Assembly (NCBI GenBank): GCA_900551525.1
Contig: URWD01000002.1
Span: forward strand, 1,152 to 65,151
From: an uncultured Mycoplasmatota bacterium
Lineage (GTDB): Bacteria; Bacillota_I; Bacilli_A; RF39; UBA660
Direction: 5' to 3'
Length of the DNA stretch: 64,000 nt
Below are positions 25,107 through 35,369 of this stretch, piece after piece. The notes under the pieces were generated by a model. It searched no databases. It was not told the origin of the DNA and saw only the letters and a program-made list of their open reading frames with translations. How positions within the stretch are numbered: position 1 is the stretch's first letter; every line of letters begins with the position of its first letter. The translations under genes were made by a program, and so were the position numbers.

Positions 25107-25916
25107 ATGAATAAATATATTTTTGAAATTGGCAATTTTAAATTAGAATGGTATTCAGCCTTAATAATAGTTGCAGCTATGATTGGTATAACAATGGTTT
25201 TAAAAGAAGCCAAAAGATACAAATATCCAACTGAATTTGTTTTTAACATGATATTCTGGGCCATAATATTTGGTATTATCGGGGCTAGAGCATATTATGT
25301 ATTATTCAATTTGGAATTATATGATAGTTTTTGGGAAGCTTGTAAAATCTGGGAAGGTGGACTTGCTATTCATGGAGGTATAATTGCTGGAGTTTTGGTT
25401 ATTCTATTATATTGTAAGAAATATAAAGTAAGAAGTATCAGAATGTTTGACTTTTTAGCCCCAGCTATGCTTCTTGCACAAGCAATAGGTAGATGGGGAA
25501 ATTTCTTTAATGGTGAAGCTCATGGACCTGCAACAACACTAGCCCATCTACAAAATTTACATATTCCAGAATTTATTATAAATGGTATGAATATTGATGG
25601 AATATACTATACCCCAACATTTTTATATGAATCAATTTGGTGTCTAGTAGGACTTTTACTACTTCTTATAATAAGAAGATTAAAGATTACCAAAGTTGGT
25701 CAACCATTTGCGTTATATTTAATGTGGTACGGACTAGGTCGCTTTATAATTGAGTCAATGCGAACTGACTCTTTAATGTTAGGTGGTTTCAAAATGGCAC
25801 AAATAGTATCTGTAATAATGATTTTTATAGGATTAATAATTATTATGATTACTGGTAGAAAAGGTCGATATGAAGATTTATATGATCAAGATGAAAATGA
25901 GGTAATAAGGTTCTAA
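25107..25916 (+). CDS. lgt: Prolipoprotein diacylglyceryl transferase
   Basis: GGAGAG 25094-25099 precedes ATG 25107 (alternative 25092). Motifs include WEGGLAIHGG and GRWGNFFNGEAHG, in a polytopic protein. Confidence 0.9.
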   Translation: MNKYIFEIGNFKLEWYSALIIVAAMIGITMVLKEAKRYKYPTEFVFNMIFWAIIFGIIGARAYYVLFNLELYDSFWEACKIWEGGLAIHGGIIAGVLVILLYCKKYKVRSIRMFDFLAPAMLLAQAIGRWGNFFNGEAHGPATTLAHLQNLHIPEFIINGMNIDGIYYTPTFLYESIWCLVGLLLLLIIRRLKITKVGQPFALYLMWYGLGRFIIESMRTDSLMLGGFKMAQIVSVIMIFIGLIIIMITGRKGRYEDLYDQDENEVIRF

Positions 25917-25927
25917 GGAGGAATTTT

Positions 25928-26803
25928 ATGTACGATATAATTATAATTGGCATGGGTATAAGTGGTATAACTGCAGGTATTTATGCTAAACGCAGTAATA
26001 AAAAGGTATTACTTATTGATAAAGGTATGCCCGGAGGCCTTTTGAATAACATAGATAAAGTTAGTAATTATCCAGGAGTTCCTGAAATAACTGGCCCAGA
26101 TTTTGCTGAAATTCTTGAAAAACAAGTAGAACATTTAGATATTCCGTATGTTTTGGAAGAAGTAAAGAGTTTAGAATTAAACGAAGAAACTAAAAAAGTA
26201 ATAACCGAAAACAATACATATGAGGCTAAAAGAGTAATATTAGCAATGGGAAGAAAACCAAAATATTTAGGCTTAGATAATGAAAAATCTTTACTTGGAA
26301 AAGGATTGTCGACATGTGCAGTATGTGATGCATTCTTTTACAAAAATGAGAATATAGCAATCGTAGGTACTGGCAATAGTGCTCTTCAAGAAGCGTTATA
26401 TCTAGCAAATATCGTTGGCCATATTTATATTATCAATCGAAGAGATGATTTTCGTGGAGAAGAAATTCTTGTAGAAAATATAAAGAAAAATCCTAAGATA
26501 GAAATAATTTACAATGCTAATATCGAAAGTATGAATGAAGAAAATAACAAATTATCCAGTATAACTCTAGATAATGGTACCACATTAAATGTTAAGGGTG
26601 TATTTATCTATGTCGGATATAGACCCGTAACAGATTTTATACCAAAAGAAATACTTGATGAAAATGGTTATGTAAAAGTAAATGAAAAATTAGAAACAGA
26701 AATAAATGGAGTATATGCTATCGGCGATATCATTAATAAAGATACATATCAACTAGTAACAGCAGCAGCAGATGGGGCTAGAGTAATAACAAATATGAAA
26801 TAA
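25928..26803 (+). CDS. trxB: Thioredoxin-disulfide reductase
   Basis: RBS AAGGAGG precedes the start. It has the FAD motif IIIIGMGISG, the redox motif CAVCDAFF and the NADPH motif IVGTGNSA. Confidence 0.9.
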   Translation: MYDIIIIGMGISGITAGIYAKRSNKKVLLIDKGMPGGLLNNIDKVSNYPGVPEITGPDFAEILEKQVEHLDIPYVLEEVKSLELNEETKKVITENNTYEAKRVILAMGRKPKYLGLDNEKSLLGKGLSTCAVCDAFFYKNENIAIVGTGNSALQEALYLANIVGHIYIINRRDDFRGEEILVENIKKNPKIEIIYNANIESMNEENNKLSSITLDNGTTLNVKGVFIYVGYRPVTDFIPKEILDENGYVKVNEKLETEINGVYAIGDIINKDTYQLVTAAADGARVITNMK

Positions 26804-26965
26804 GATGAAAATTCTTATTTTTCTTTGATAAAAATTGCTATGCGACGTAATAAATTTTTTATCTACTTTTGTAAAGTTTTTACATATTTTGTAACTCAAA
26901 AATGTAAAGAAAAGTTAATTCATGCAAAATGGTGTGTCGAACCATGAGAGGTTTTGTCGAAAGCC

Positions 26966-26993
26966 TTGAAAGTGGTAAAAAGGTGTGTATAAT
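26966..26993 (+). promoter_or_regulatory. Sigma-A-type promoter candidate for the Rpn-like gene
   Basis: TTGAAA (26966-26971), a 16-nt spacer, then TATAAT (26988-26993). Confidence 0.45.
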
Positions 26994-27021
26994 AGCTTGG
27001 CAAGAAAGGAGGTTTCCACTT

Positions 27022-27891
27022 ATGCAAAGATTAGAAATCAAGAAAATCAATGCCAGAGATAGTATTGTCAAAAAGATATTCACCTCAACTGAAGATGGGC
27101 TTAAATATTTAAGTAAAATTGTATGTAAAGTTTTAGATATTTCTGAAGAAGATGTAACATTTTCTTTAATTCATCCAGATGTTAGTGTAAATGAAAATTC
27201 TGTAAATAGTGAAGTTGATGTAGCATTAGAAAGTAATGAAATGCTTGTAAATGTTGAAGTAAATAGTGTAAGAAGCAGAAAAAATGAACGTAAGAACAAT
27301 ATGTATATTTGTCATTTAGTTTTAAGGCAGACTCGAAATGCTGAAGATTATAGTAAGAAGTTTAAGAAGGTTTACCAAATAAATCTAAACACATATAGTG
27401 TTACAAATGATGATAGATTTATAGTTAGAAGTAGACTTTTAGATGATAAAACATATGAAGAAATACACTCATTTTTTGAAATCTACGACATAAATCTTGC
27501 AAAAATTCTTGATATGGATTATACTAAAATTATGAAAGACGATGAGTCTTTAGAAAAATTATTATATCTTTTAATCAGTGATGATGAAAGATTAATAAAA
27601 AAGGTATATGATGGTGATGATTTTATGGCTAAAATAATACGTGAAGTAAAAAATAATTCAGATGACTTTGATAATCTACTTAGATATAATAGAGATGTTA
27701 TATTTGATGGTAATGAAAAAGAAGAAGCTTTTGAAGATGGTTTAGAACGTGGAGTTAAAAAAGGCTATAAGCTTGGTGTTGAGCAAACAGCCAAAGAAAT
27801 GCTTCAAGAAAATTGTGATGTAAATTTAATTTGTAGAGTTACCAAATTATCACTTGATGAAGTTGAAAGATTAAAAGAAGAATTGAAATAA
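27022..27891 (+). CDS. Rpn/YhgA-like PD-(D/E)XK recombination-promoting nuclease / putative transposase family protein
   Basis: RBS AAAGGAGG 27005-27012 precedes ATG 27022; the track start at 26929 lies upstream of the promoter. Supporting motifs are SEVDVALES...VNVEVNS, NMYICHL and the C-terminal helical repeat GLERGVKKGYKLGVEQTAKEML. Confidence 0.6.
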   Translation: MQRLEIKKINARDSIVKKIFTSTEDGLKYLSKIVCKVLDISEEDVTFSLIHPDVSVNENSVNSEVDVALESNEMLVNVEVNSVRSRKNERKNNMYICHLVLRQTRNAEDYSKKFKKVYQINLNTYSVTNDDRFIVRSRLLDDKTYEEIHSFFEIYDINLAKILDMDYTKIMKDDESLEKLLYLLISDDERLIKKVYDGDDFMAKIIREVKNNSDDFDNLLRYNRDVIFDGNEKEEAFEDGLERGVKKGYKLGVEQTAKEMLQENCDVNLICRVTKLSLDEVERLKEELK

Positions 27892-27906
27892 AATTCTTCT
27901 TTTTTA
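27877..27906 (+). terminator. Rho-independent terminator
   Basis: Stem GAAGAATT (27877-27884) pairs with AATTCTTC (27892-27899), followed by T6. It overlaps the stop codon. Confidence 0.6.
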
Positions 27907-27969
27907 GTTAAAATAACAAGCTTTTATATAAATTTTATGGTAAAATATATTTACATGGAGTTGACCTGT

Positions 27970-29589
27970 ATGAAGAAAAATACTACTCTTACATTGCTTT
28001 TACTTTTAATAATAATGCTTCTTGTCATGCTTGGATTTAAAATGTACGAAGATTATAATTCTGATGATGTCACCAAAAGTATTTATTCCTTCGAAGCCTA
28101 TCCTTTATATATAGATAATTATATCTTTATAAATAGTGAAATAAACAATAATAAAATGTACTTATTATACGAAAATAATAATGACTATTTACTTAAAGAA
28201 ATAGATACTATAAGTAAAAAAGAAAATATTTATAGTAAAAATATTAATATGTCTTGTAACTTAAAAAATGATAATAACAATCCGTATATAGTTTGTAAAG
28301 ATGAAAGTAAAATAAGTGTATATAATATATACCTAGAGCTTCTAGAAGAAAGAGAGCTAATCACTGAAAATGACTATACAGTAAAATCTAGTATATATGA
28401 AAATAATTTTAATGAATATTCTGAAGTAATTGACAGCATTTGTAATTTAAAATGTTTACTTATAAGAAAAGATAGTATTACAGAAAAAATAAATTTATAC
28501 AAAGAAACTATTTTAAAAGAAGAAAACATTAAAAATTATGATATTTTTGAAAAAGGAGTATTTACATATAGTAATGATAAAATAAAAATATATAATACAA
28601 ATAATGATTACAAGGAATTCAAAAGCCCTACTGAAAATTTAACAAGTAAAATAGTACACCTAAGTAAAAATGAATACAATTTATATGTATTAGAAAACAA
28701 AGAAATAGATGTTTATAATCTATATGAAAAAAGTAAAACCACCAGAATAGATATATATAAGGTTAAAGAAAATGTCAAAAGCATTAAAGTTTATGAAAAT
28801 AAACTATATGTGTTAACAGATAAAACGATATATGTTTATGATGTTTTTGATATTGAAGAAAGTATAAATAAAGACAATTTATTTGAAAATAATTATATAA
28901 GCAATAAAGTTACAGAAATAAAAGAAAATTATGGTATAAATGTAAATCTAAAAGAAAGTGTTAATATCATGCATAAAGACTACAACATAACTGAAGTAAA
29001 TAACTATAATGATATTATAGATGCTTTAAGTTATCTTGAAGATTATCTTCTTATTTTTAACAAAGAATTTTTTCAAAGATTTTATGAGTATGATATGAAA
29101 GGCTTAAATATATATTTTGCTTATGACATAACTGGTGGAGAACTGGAAAGTAGTCAAACAGATGTAGTTGGTTTATCATTTGTTAAAAATAGTGAATATG
29201 TAATAATAATTAAACTTAATTCCAAAGATAATTTACTTAATATACTAGCACATGAAACTATGCATATTATAGATGCTTATCTTAAACTTAAAGATTTTTC
29301 ATATGACTGGAATAATTTGAACCCAGAATATTTTACATATCAAAATGTATATTATCCAAATGTACTATATAAAGATGTTTTAGGAACTGGTAAATTTAAA
29401 GATGAAATATATTTTGTGGATAACTATGCTAGAACGAATGAAGGGGAAGATAGAGCACGTCTTTTTGAAAGTATTTGTTCATGTAAAAATTATGAAGAAT
29501 ATCCAAACTTAAATAACAAAATGAATTATCTAAAAAAAGTCTTAACTACTAATTTTCCTGAAATAAGTTATATAAAAGCTTTTGAATAA
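27970..29589 (+). CDS. Membrane-anchored extracellular protein with C-terminal HExxH (ATLF/M34-like) domain, paralog of 320-1765
   Basis: GGAG 27957-27960 precedes ATG 27970 (track start 27937). The TM is LTLLLLLIIMLLVML. The C-terminus has AHETMH...EDRARLFESIC and is colinear with the C-terminus of 320-1765. Confidence 0.6.
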   Translation: MKKNTTLTLLLLLIIMLLVMLGFKMYEDYNSDDVTKSIYSFEAYPLYIDNYIFINSEINNNKMYLLYENNNDYLLKEIDTISKKENIYSKNINMSCNLKNDNNNPYIVCKDESKISVYNIYLELLEERELITENDYTVKSSIYENNFNEYSEVIDSICNLKCLLIRKDSITEKINLYKETILKEENIKNYDIFEKGVFTYSNDKIKIYNTNNDYKEFKSPTENLTSKIVHLSKNEYNLYVLENKEIDVYNLYEKSKTTRIDIYKVKENVKSIKVYENKLYVLTDKTIYVYDVFDIEESINKDNLFENNYISNKVTEIKENYGINVNLKESVNIMHKDYNITEVNNYNDIIDALSYLEDYLLIFNKEFFQRFYEYDMKGLNIYFAYDITGGELESSQTDVVGLSFVKNSEYVIIIKLNSKDNLLNILAHETMHIIDAYLKLKDFSYDWNNLNPEYFTYQNVYYPNVLYKDVLGTGKFKDEIYFVDNYARTNEGEDRARLFESICSCKNYEEYPNLNNKMNYLKKVLTTNFPEISYIKAFE

Positions 29590-29618
29590 AATTTTTTTCA
29601 CAAATTAACAAATTTTAC

Positions 29619-29647
29619 TTGACTTTGATATAGACTATGTATATATT
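29619..29647 (+). promoter_or_regulatory. Promoter candidate for mazEF
   Basis: TTGACT (29619-29624), a 17-nt spacer, then TATATT (29642-29647). Confidence 0.4.
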
Positions 29648-29666
29648 AGAGATGGAGGGATAAGTT

Positions 29667-29909
29667 ATGGCATATAAAGTACAAAAATGGGGAAATTCTA
29701 ATGGAATAAGAATACCCAAAGTTTATTTAGAGGCTTTAAATTTAAAATCAGGAGATGCAGTAAACATTACAAGAGAGGGGGAACAAATCATTGTTACTAA
29801 AGCTCTTAGAAAGCCAGAAACACTAAAATCAAGAATTAAAAAATACAAAGGGCCTGAAAAAGTAGAAGACTTTACATGGGACGAAGCGAGGGGAAAAGAG
29901 TTATGGTAA
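29667..29909 (+). CDS. mazE: MazE/AbrB-fold (SpoVT-AbrB) antitoxin
   Basis: RBS GGAGGG precedes the start. VQKWGNSNGIRIPK is the swapped-hairpin motif. The 80-aa ORF overlaps the toxin gene. Confidence 0.75.
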   Translation: MAYKVQKWGNSNGIRIPKVYLEALNLKSGDAVNITREGEQIIVTKALRKPETLKSRIKKYKGPEKVEDFTWDEARGKELW

Positions 29910-30241
29910 AATATATTCCACAAGAAAGAGATATCGTATATATTAATTTTAACCCTATAAAAGGGCATGAACAAAAAGGAGAAAGACCAGCCTTGGTAAT
30001 AAGTAGTAGATTATTTAATCAGTTTACGAATATGGCAATAGTTTGTCCAATTACAACAAATACTAAAGGCTTTCCAACTCATTATGAGCTTACTGGTTTA
30101 AAAAAAATAAAGGGGTCAGTTTTGTGTGAGCACATCAGAAGCATTGATTATGCTGAGCGAAACATTGAGTTTATAGAGCGATGTAGCGACGAAGAATTTA
30201 ATAACATATTAGAATTAATAAAAAGTTTTTTTGAAAATTAA
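29903..30241 (+). CDS. mazF: MazF/PemK-family endoribonuclease toxin
   Basis: ATG 29903 overlaps the mazE stop (ATGGTAA). Motifs are YIPQERDIVYINFNPIKGHEQKGERPALVIS and VCPITTN. Confidence 0.85.
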   Translation: MVKYIPQERDIVYINFNPIKGHEQKGERPALVISSRLFNQFTNMAIVCPITTNTKGFPTHYELTGLKKIKGSVLCEHIRSIDYAERNIEFIERCSDEEFNNILELIKSFFEN

Positions 30242-30256
30242 GAAGGAGAATTATTT

Positions 30257-31678
30257 ATGAAAGTAAGAACACGTTATGCACCAAGTCCAACTGGATACAT
30301 GCACATAGGAAATTTAAGAACAGCAATATTTGAATATTTATTAGCTAAAAAATATAATGGAGATTTTATATTAAGAATTGAAGATACAGATCAAGAACGT
30401 GAAGTTGAAGGCGCAGTAGATTTTATTTACAATACTTTAGATTTATGCGGCTTTAAAATAGATGAAGGACCAAATAATGAAAAAGGTTATGGTCCATACA
30501 TTCAAAGTAAGAGAAAAGCTATTTATAAAGAATATGCTTTAAAACTTGTAGAAATGGGTAAAGCTTATTATTGTTTTTGTTCTGAAGAAGAACTAACAGC
30601 AATGCGTGAAAAAGCAGATGCTAGACATAAACCATTTTTGTATGATGGCAGATGTTCTAGACTAAGTAAGGAAAAGATTGAAGAAAATTTAAAAAATGGA
30701 GTTCCTTATGTAATTAGACAAAAAATGCCTAAAACTGGACAAACTATAGTTGAAGATGTCGTATATGGCAAAATTAAAATTGATAATAGCATCTTAGATG
30801 ACCAAATACTACTTAAAAGTGATGGCTTTCCAACATACAATTTTGCTAATGTAATTGATGACCATTTAATGGAAATAACTCATGTAATTCGTGGTAAAGA
30901 ATATCTAGACCAAACAGCTAAATACAATTTACTATATGAAGCATATGGCTGGGAAAAACCAACATATATTCATGTTGCTATGGTTCTAGGTGAAGATGGC
31001 AATAAATTATCTAAACGTAATGGTGATGCATCGTTCATGGATCTTTACAATGAGGGATATTTACCAAGTGCTGTAGTAAACTATCTAGCATTACTTGGAT
31101 GGAGTCCAGAAAGCAACCAAGAAGTATTCACAATGGAAGAACTTATTGCAAACTTTAATGAAAACAGAATAAGCAAATCATCAAGTCAGTATGATGTTAA
31201 AAAACTAAAATGGTTTAACCATCATTATATAAATAATCTAAGTGATGAAGAATATTTAACTTGGATTAAAAAATATTTTACAAACAATACGGAAGGTAAA
31301 ACTGAAGATTGGATTAACAAATTATTACTTGTTTATAAAAATCATATTGATTATGGAGCAGAAATTAATGAAGTAACAGCATCCTTCTTCGATAGTAACT
31401 TTGAAATAAATGAAGACGCAGCAGAATTTATGAAAAGTGATGAAGTAATACCTCATGTTGTTGAAGTTTTCAAAGAAGAAATTGAAAATACAACTGATTG
31501 GACAGTTGAAACTCTATCAAATGTTATAAACAATGTTAAGGAAAAAGCTGGAGTAAAAGGCAAAATGTTATACATGCCAATAAGAATAGCTGCAAGTGGT
31601 ATTATGCACGGACCAGAACTAGCAGATACTCTATACTTAATAGGCAAAGAAGAAATATTAAATAGGTTAACAAAATGA
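30257..31678 (+). CDS. gltX: Glutamyl-tRNA synthetase
   Basis: It has RYAPSPTGYMHIGNLRTA (the HIGH motif) and KLSKRNG (the KMSKS motif). Confidence 0.95.
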   Translation: MKVRTRYAPSPTGYMHIGNLRTAIFEYLLAKKYNGDFILRIEDTDQEREVEGAVDFIYNTLDLCGFKIDEGPNNEKGYGPYIQSKRKAIYKEYALKLVEMGKAYYCFCSEEELTAMREKADARHKPFLYDGRCSRLSKEKIEENLKNGVPYVIRQKMPKTGQTIVEDVVYGKIKIDNSILDDQILLKSDGFPTYNFANVIDDHLMEITHVIRGKEYLDQTAKYNLLYEAYGWEKPTYIHVAMVLGEDGNKLSKRNGDASFMDLYNEGYLPSAVVNYLALLGWSPESNQEVFTMEELIANFNENRISKSSSQYDVKKLKWFNHHYINNLSDEEYLTWIKKYFTNNTEGKTEDWINKLLLVYKNHIDYGAEINEVTASFFDSNFEINEDAAEFMKSDEVIPHVVEVFKEEIENTTDWTVETLSNVINNVKEKAGVKGKMLYMPIRIAASGIMHGPELADTLYLIGKEEILNRLTK

Positions 31679-32070
31679 AAAAAAGAATAGGTTGGCTTGT
31701 TATACCAATAGTATTTATTGTCATCGGAGTTTATATATATCTTTTCTTTAATGAAGGTGAAAATATTTATACTCATAGAAATCAAGAATTTACAATGAAA
31801 GTTAAAGATTTTGCTAACATAGAGGATGATATCTATTTAAAATACTCCAAAGTAAGTGACAATAGATGCAAAGGGGAAGATTGTGAAAGAGAAGGAGAAA
31901 AACTAGCTAAATTAATAGTTATACATAATCCTTACATTGATACAGTAGAATTAAGTAGTATCAATAATGATGAGATTGAAATTAATAAAACAAAATACAA
32001 AATAAAACTGATAAAATATGATACTAATAGTGATGAAATTACTTTAAAATTATTATATGAAGAAAAATAA
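31675..32070 (+). CDS. N-anchored small protein, unknown function
   Basis: ATGA overlap with gltX. The TM is WLVIPIVFIVIGVYIYLFF. Confidence 0.5.
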   Translation: MKKRIGWLVIPIVFIVIGVYIYLFFNEGENIYTHRNQEFTMKVKDFANIEDDIYLKYSKVSDNRCKGEDCEREGEKLAKLIVIHNPYIDTVELSSINNDEIEINKTKYKIKLIKYDTNSDEITLKLLYEEK

Positions 32071-32081
32071 AAGGAGAAAAA

Positions 32082-33470
32082 ATGAAAATATATAATACAC
32101 TTACAAGAAAAATTGAAGAATTCGTGCCATGGCAAGAAGGTAAAGTCGGATTATATACATGTGGACCAACAGTATATCATTATGCTCACATAGGAAACAT
32201 GAGAAATTACATTGGTCATGATATTTTAGATAAAACTTTAAGATATCTTGGCTATGATGTTAAACGAGTTATGAACATTACTGATGTTGGTCATTTAACA
32301 AGTGACTCAGACTCTGGTGATGACAAAATGGTAAGTAGTGCCAAAAAAGAACATAAAACAGTAATGGATATTGCTAGATTTTATACTGATGCATTCTTTA
32401 AAGATTTTGAAGATTTAAACAATAGAGTTCCAGATGTAGTAAGTCCTGCCACAGCTAATATAAATGAATATATTAAAATAATAGAAAGTTTACTTGCTAA
32501 AGGTTATGCTTATAAAAGCGGAGGAAATATATATTTTGATACATCAAAATTAGATGATTACTACAAGCTTACAAACCATAAAGCTGATGAAATGGTTGTT
32601 GGAGTTCGTGAAGGTGTTGAAGAAGATTCTTCTAAGAAAAATCAAAATGATTTTGTTCTTTGGTTTACTAAATCTAAATTTGATGAACAAGATTTAAAAT
32701 GGGAAAGTCCATGGGGACTAGGATATCCTGGTTGGCATATAGAATGTACTGGTATAAGCATCAAATACTTAGGAGAATACTTAGACATTCATGGTGGTGG
32801 AGTAGATAACATATTTCCACATCACACAAATGAAATTGCCCAAAGTGAAAGTTATCTTGGACATAAATGGTGTAATTATTGGTTCCACAATGAACATTTA
32901 AATGATGAAACTGGCAAAATGAGTAAAAGTCATGGAGCAATTTTAACGGTTCAAGTACTAAAAGAAAAAGGTTATGATCCACTAAGTTTTAGATATATGT
33001 GTCTTTTAAGTCATTATCGTCGTCAATTAACATTTTCATATAGTTCGCTAGATGGTGCAGAAAATGCATATAAAAAATTACGTAGTAAAACATCAAGTCT
33101 AAAATTTGATAATAACATTAATGAAGAAGATTATAAAACTTGGAAAGACAAATTTGTGTCATGCCTAGAAGATGATTTAAACACAGCAAATGCTATAACA
33201 GTTTTACATGATTTACTAAAAAGTGATGTAAATGAAGGCACAAAATACAAATTAGTTGGTGAATTTGATAGCGTACTAAGCCTAGATTTATTAAAACAAG
33301 ACATAAAGAAAATTGATAATGAAGAAGAAATTATCAAAAAAATAAATGAACGTAATGAAGCTAAAAAGAACAAAAATTACGAACTTGCTGATAGTATCAG
33401 AGCTGAATTACTTGCAAAAGGAATTGTATTAAAAGATACTCGCGAAGGCACAACTTATGAGGCTATATAA
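32082..33470 (+). CDS. cysS: Cysteinyl-tRNA synthetase
   Basis: Motifs are [24 protein letters not shown] and GKMSKSHG. Confidence 0.95.
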   Translation: MKIYNTLTRKIEEFVPWQEGKVGLYTCGPTVYHYAHIGNMRNYIGHDILDKTLRYLGYDVKRVMNITDVGHLTSDSDSGDDKMVSSAKKEHKTVMDIARFYTDAFFKDFEDLNNRVPDVVSPATANINEYIKIIESLLAKGYAYKSGGNIYFDTSKLDDYYKLTNHKADEMVVGVREGVEEDSSKKNQNDFVLWFTKSKFDEQDLKWESPWGLGYPGWHIECTGISIKYLGEYLDIHGGGVDNIFPHHTNEIAQSESYLGHKWCNYWFHNEHLNDETGKMSKSHGAILTVQVLKEKGYDPLSFRYMCLLSHYRRQLTFSYSSLDGAENAYKKLRSKTSSLKFDNNINEEDYKTWKDKFVSCLEDDLNTANAITVLHDLLKSDVNEGTKYKLVGEFDSVLSLDLLKQDIKKIDNEEEIIKKINERNEAKKNKNYELADSIRAELLAKGIVLKDTREGTTYEAI

Positions 33471-34639
33471 TGAAGAAAGTTAGTATTTTTCTTCTAAGCC
33501 TCTTTTTCTTTATCTATCCTGTATATGCCGAAGAATTTTCTATTACTGGTGAAAATGTAATTTTATACAACATGAATGATGATAAGGTATTATATAGTAA
33601 AAATGCAGATGAAATAGTTGAAATAGCTAGTTTAACAAAGATGATGACAGCTTTAGTAACAATCGAAAATACAAGTGATTTAACTAAAGAAATAACTATT
33701 ACAGAAAAAGATTTCGAAGGCACAACAGAGTATTCAAAAGCCGGTTTTAAAGTCGGAGATAAAGTAACATATGAAGATTTACTTTATGGTATTTTACTTC
33801 CAAGTGGTGCAGATGCTGTTAACGCTGCAGTAAATAATACATTAGGTTATGAAAAATTCATAAGTAAAATGAATGAAACAGCCAAAAAAATAGGATTAAA
33901 TAATACTAAATTTTCAAATCCAATTGGCAAAGATGATGAAAATAATTATTCAACAGCAAGTGATATAGCTAAACTTTTAAAATATGCTTTAAAAAATGAA
34001 ACCTTTAAAAGAGTATTTACAACTAAAAGTTATAAAACAACAAATGGTTTAAATTTAAAAAGTACAATAAGTAACTATGATAATATTTTACAGACGAATA
34101 AAATAGATGGTGCAAAAAGTGGATTTACTAAAGAAGCAGGTCGCTGTCTTGCTTCAATAACAAATCTTCATGATGTAAATTATTTACTTGTAGTAATAAA
34201 ATCAAGTACAGAATATCCATATAATGCAGTTAAAGATACAATAAATATTTATAATTATTATGATGAAAATTACAGTTATCAAAGTATTTTAGATGATGAT
34301 ACATTTATTAAAGAAATACCTATCAAATTAAGTAATAACAAATCATATAAAATAACAGGTTCTGAAAATATATCGTTATATTTAAAAAATGATACTAAAG
34401 TAAATTATGTTTACGAAGGTGTAGATGAGATATCTTATAAAACTAAAAAAGGTGCAATACTTGGAACAATAAAAATTTATGAAGGCGAAAAATTACTTGA
34501 AACAAGTATTGTCTACCTTGAAGAAAATATTAAATATTATCCATTAGAACTATGTTTAATTATTTTAATAACTTTAATAATATTAATTATATTTATTTTG
34601 AAAAATAAGAAAAGAAAAAGAAGGAGAAGACGTAAATGA
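33470..34639 (+). CDS. D-alanyl-D-alanine carboxypeptidase (S11) with C-terminal TM anchor
   Basis: It has a signal peptide, SLTKMMT (SxxK), LPSGADA, KSGFT (KTG-like), and a C-terminal TM followed by KKRKRRRRRK. Confidence 0.8.
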   Translation: MKKVSIFLLSLFFFIYPVYAEEFSITGENVILYNMNDDKVLYSKNADEIVEIASLTKMMTALVTIENTSDLTKEITITEKDFEGTTEYSKAGFKVGDKVTYEDLLYGILLPSGADAVNAAVNNTLGYEKFISKMNETAKKIGLNNTKFSNPIGKDDENNYSTASDIAKLLKYALKNETFKRVFTTKSYKTTNGLNLKSTISNYDNILQTNKIDGAKSGFTKEAGRCLASITNLHDVNYLLVVIKSSTEYPYNAVKDTINIYNYYDENYSYQSILDDDTFIKEIPIKLSNNKSYKITGSENISLYLKNDTKVNYVYEGVDEISYKTKKGAILGTIKIYEGEKLLETSIVYLEENIKYYPLELCLIILITLIILIIFILKNKKRKRRRRRK

Positions 34640-35337
34640 CAAAGGTAAATCACATTGGTATTATAGTTGATGGTAATGGCAGATGGGCAAAAGAAAAAGG
34701 AAAAAGTAGAAGCGAAGGGCATAAAGCTGGAGCAGAAACTCTTGAAAAAATAATTTTGTATATAAGTAAAGAAAATATAGCAAATTATTTAAGTTTATAC
34801 GTTTTTTCAACAGAAAATTTTAGTAGAAGTCCAGAAGAAGTAAATTATTTAATGGAACTTTTTATGAAATGGTTCAAAAAATGCAAAGAAAAATATAAAG
34901 ATGCAAATATTAAAGTTTTATTTTCATCTCAAAAAGAGTTTTTAAAACCAGAAATTGTAAAAGCCATAGATGAACTTGAAGAAGCCACTAAAGATAATAC
35001 TGGCTTAGTTGTTAACTTTTGCTTAAGTTATGGAGGCAGACAAGAAATAGTTGATGCTACTAAAAAAATAGCAACAGCTGTTTTAGAAAATAAATTAAAT
35101 ATTAATGATATAAATGAAGAATTATTTAAAAAATACTTATATAATGACTTACCAGATGTTGACTTTTTAATTCGCACAAGTGGTGAAAATAGAGTTAGCA
35201 ACTTTATGCTATGGCAAATATCTTATGCTGAAATGTACTTTCCAAAAGTATATTTTCCTGACTTTACTCCAAAATGTTTGGAAGAAGCAATTGAAGAATA
35301 CGAAAAAAGAGATAGAAGATTTGGTAATGTAAAATAA
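34636..35337 (+). CDS. uppS: Isoprenyl transferase (undecaprenyl-diphosphate synthase)
   Basis: Motifs are HIGIIVDGNGRWA and IRTSGENRVSNFMLWQISYAE. Confidence 0.9.
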   Translation: MTKVNHIGIIVDGNGRWAKEKGKSRSEGHKAGAETLEKIILYISKENIANYLSLYVFSTENFSRSPEEVNYLMELFMKWFKKCKEKYKDANIKVLFSSQKEFLKPEIVKAIDELEEATKDNTGLVVNFCLSYGGRQEIVDATKKIATAVLENKLNINDINEELFKKYLYNDLPDVDFLIRTSGENRVSNFMLWQISYAEMYFPKVYFPDFTPKCLEEAIEEYEKRDRRFGNVK

Positions 35338-35369
35338 AAAATTGGTGATACAAATTCACCAATTTTTTT
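35338..35369. terminator. Bidirectional terminator between convergent genes
   Basis: An 11-bp stem pairs AAAATTGGTGA (35338-35348) with TCACCAATTTT (35356-35366), flanked by A/T runs. Confidence 0.75.
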
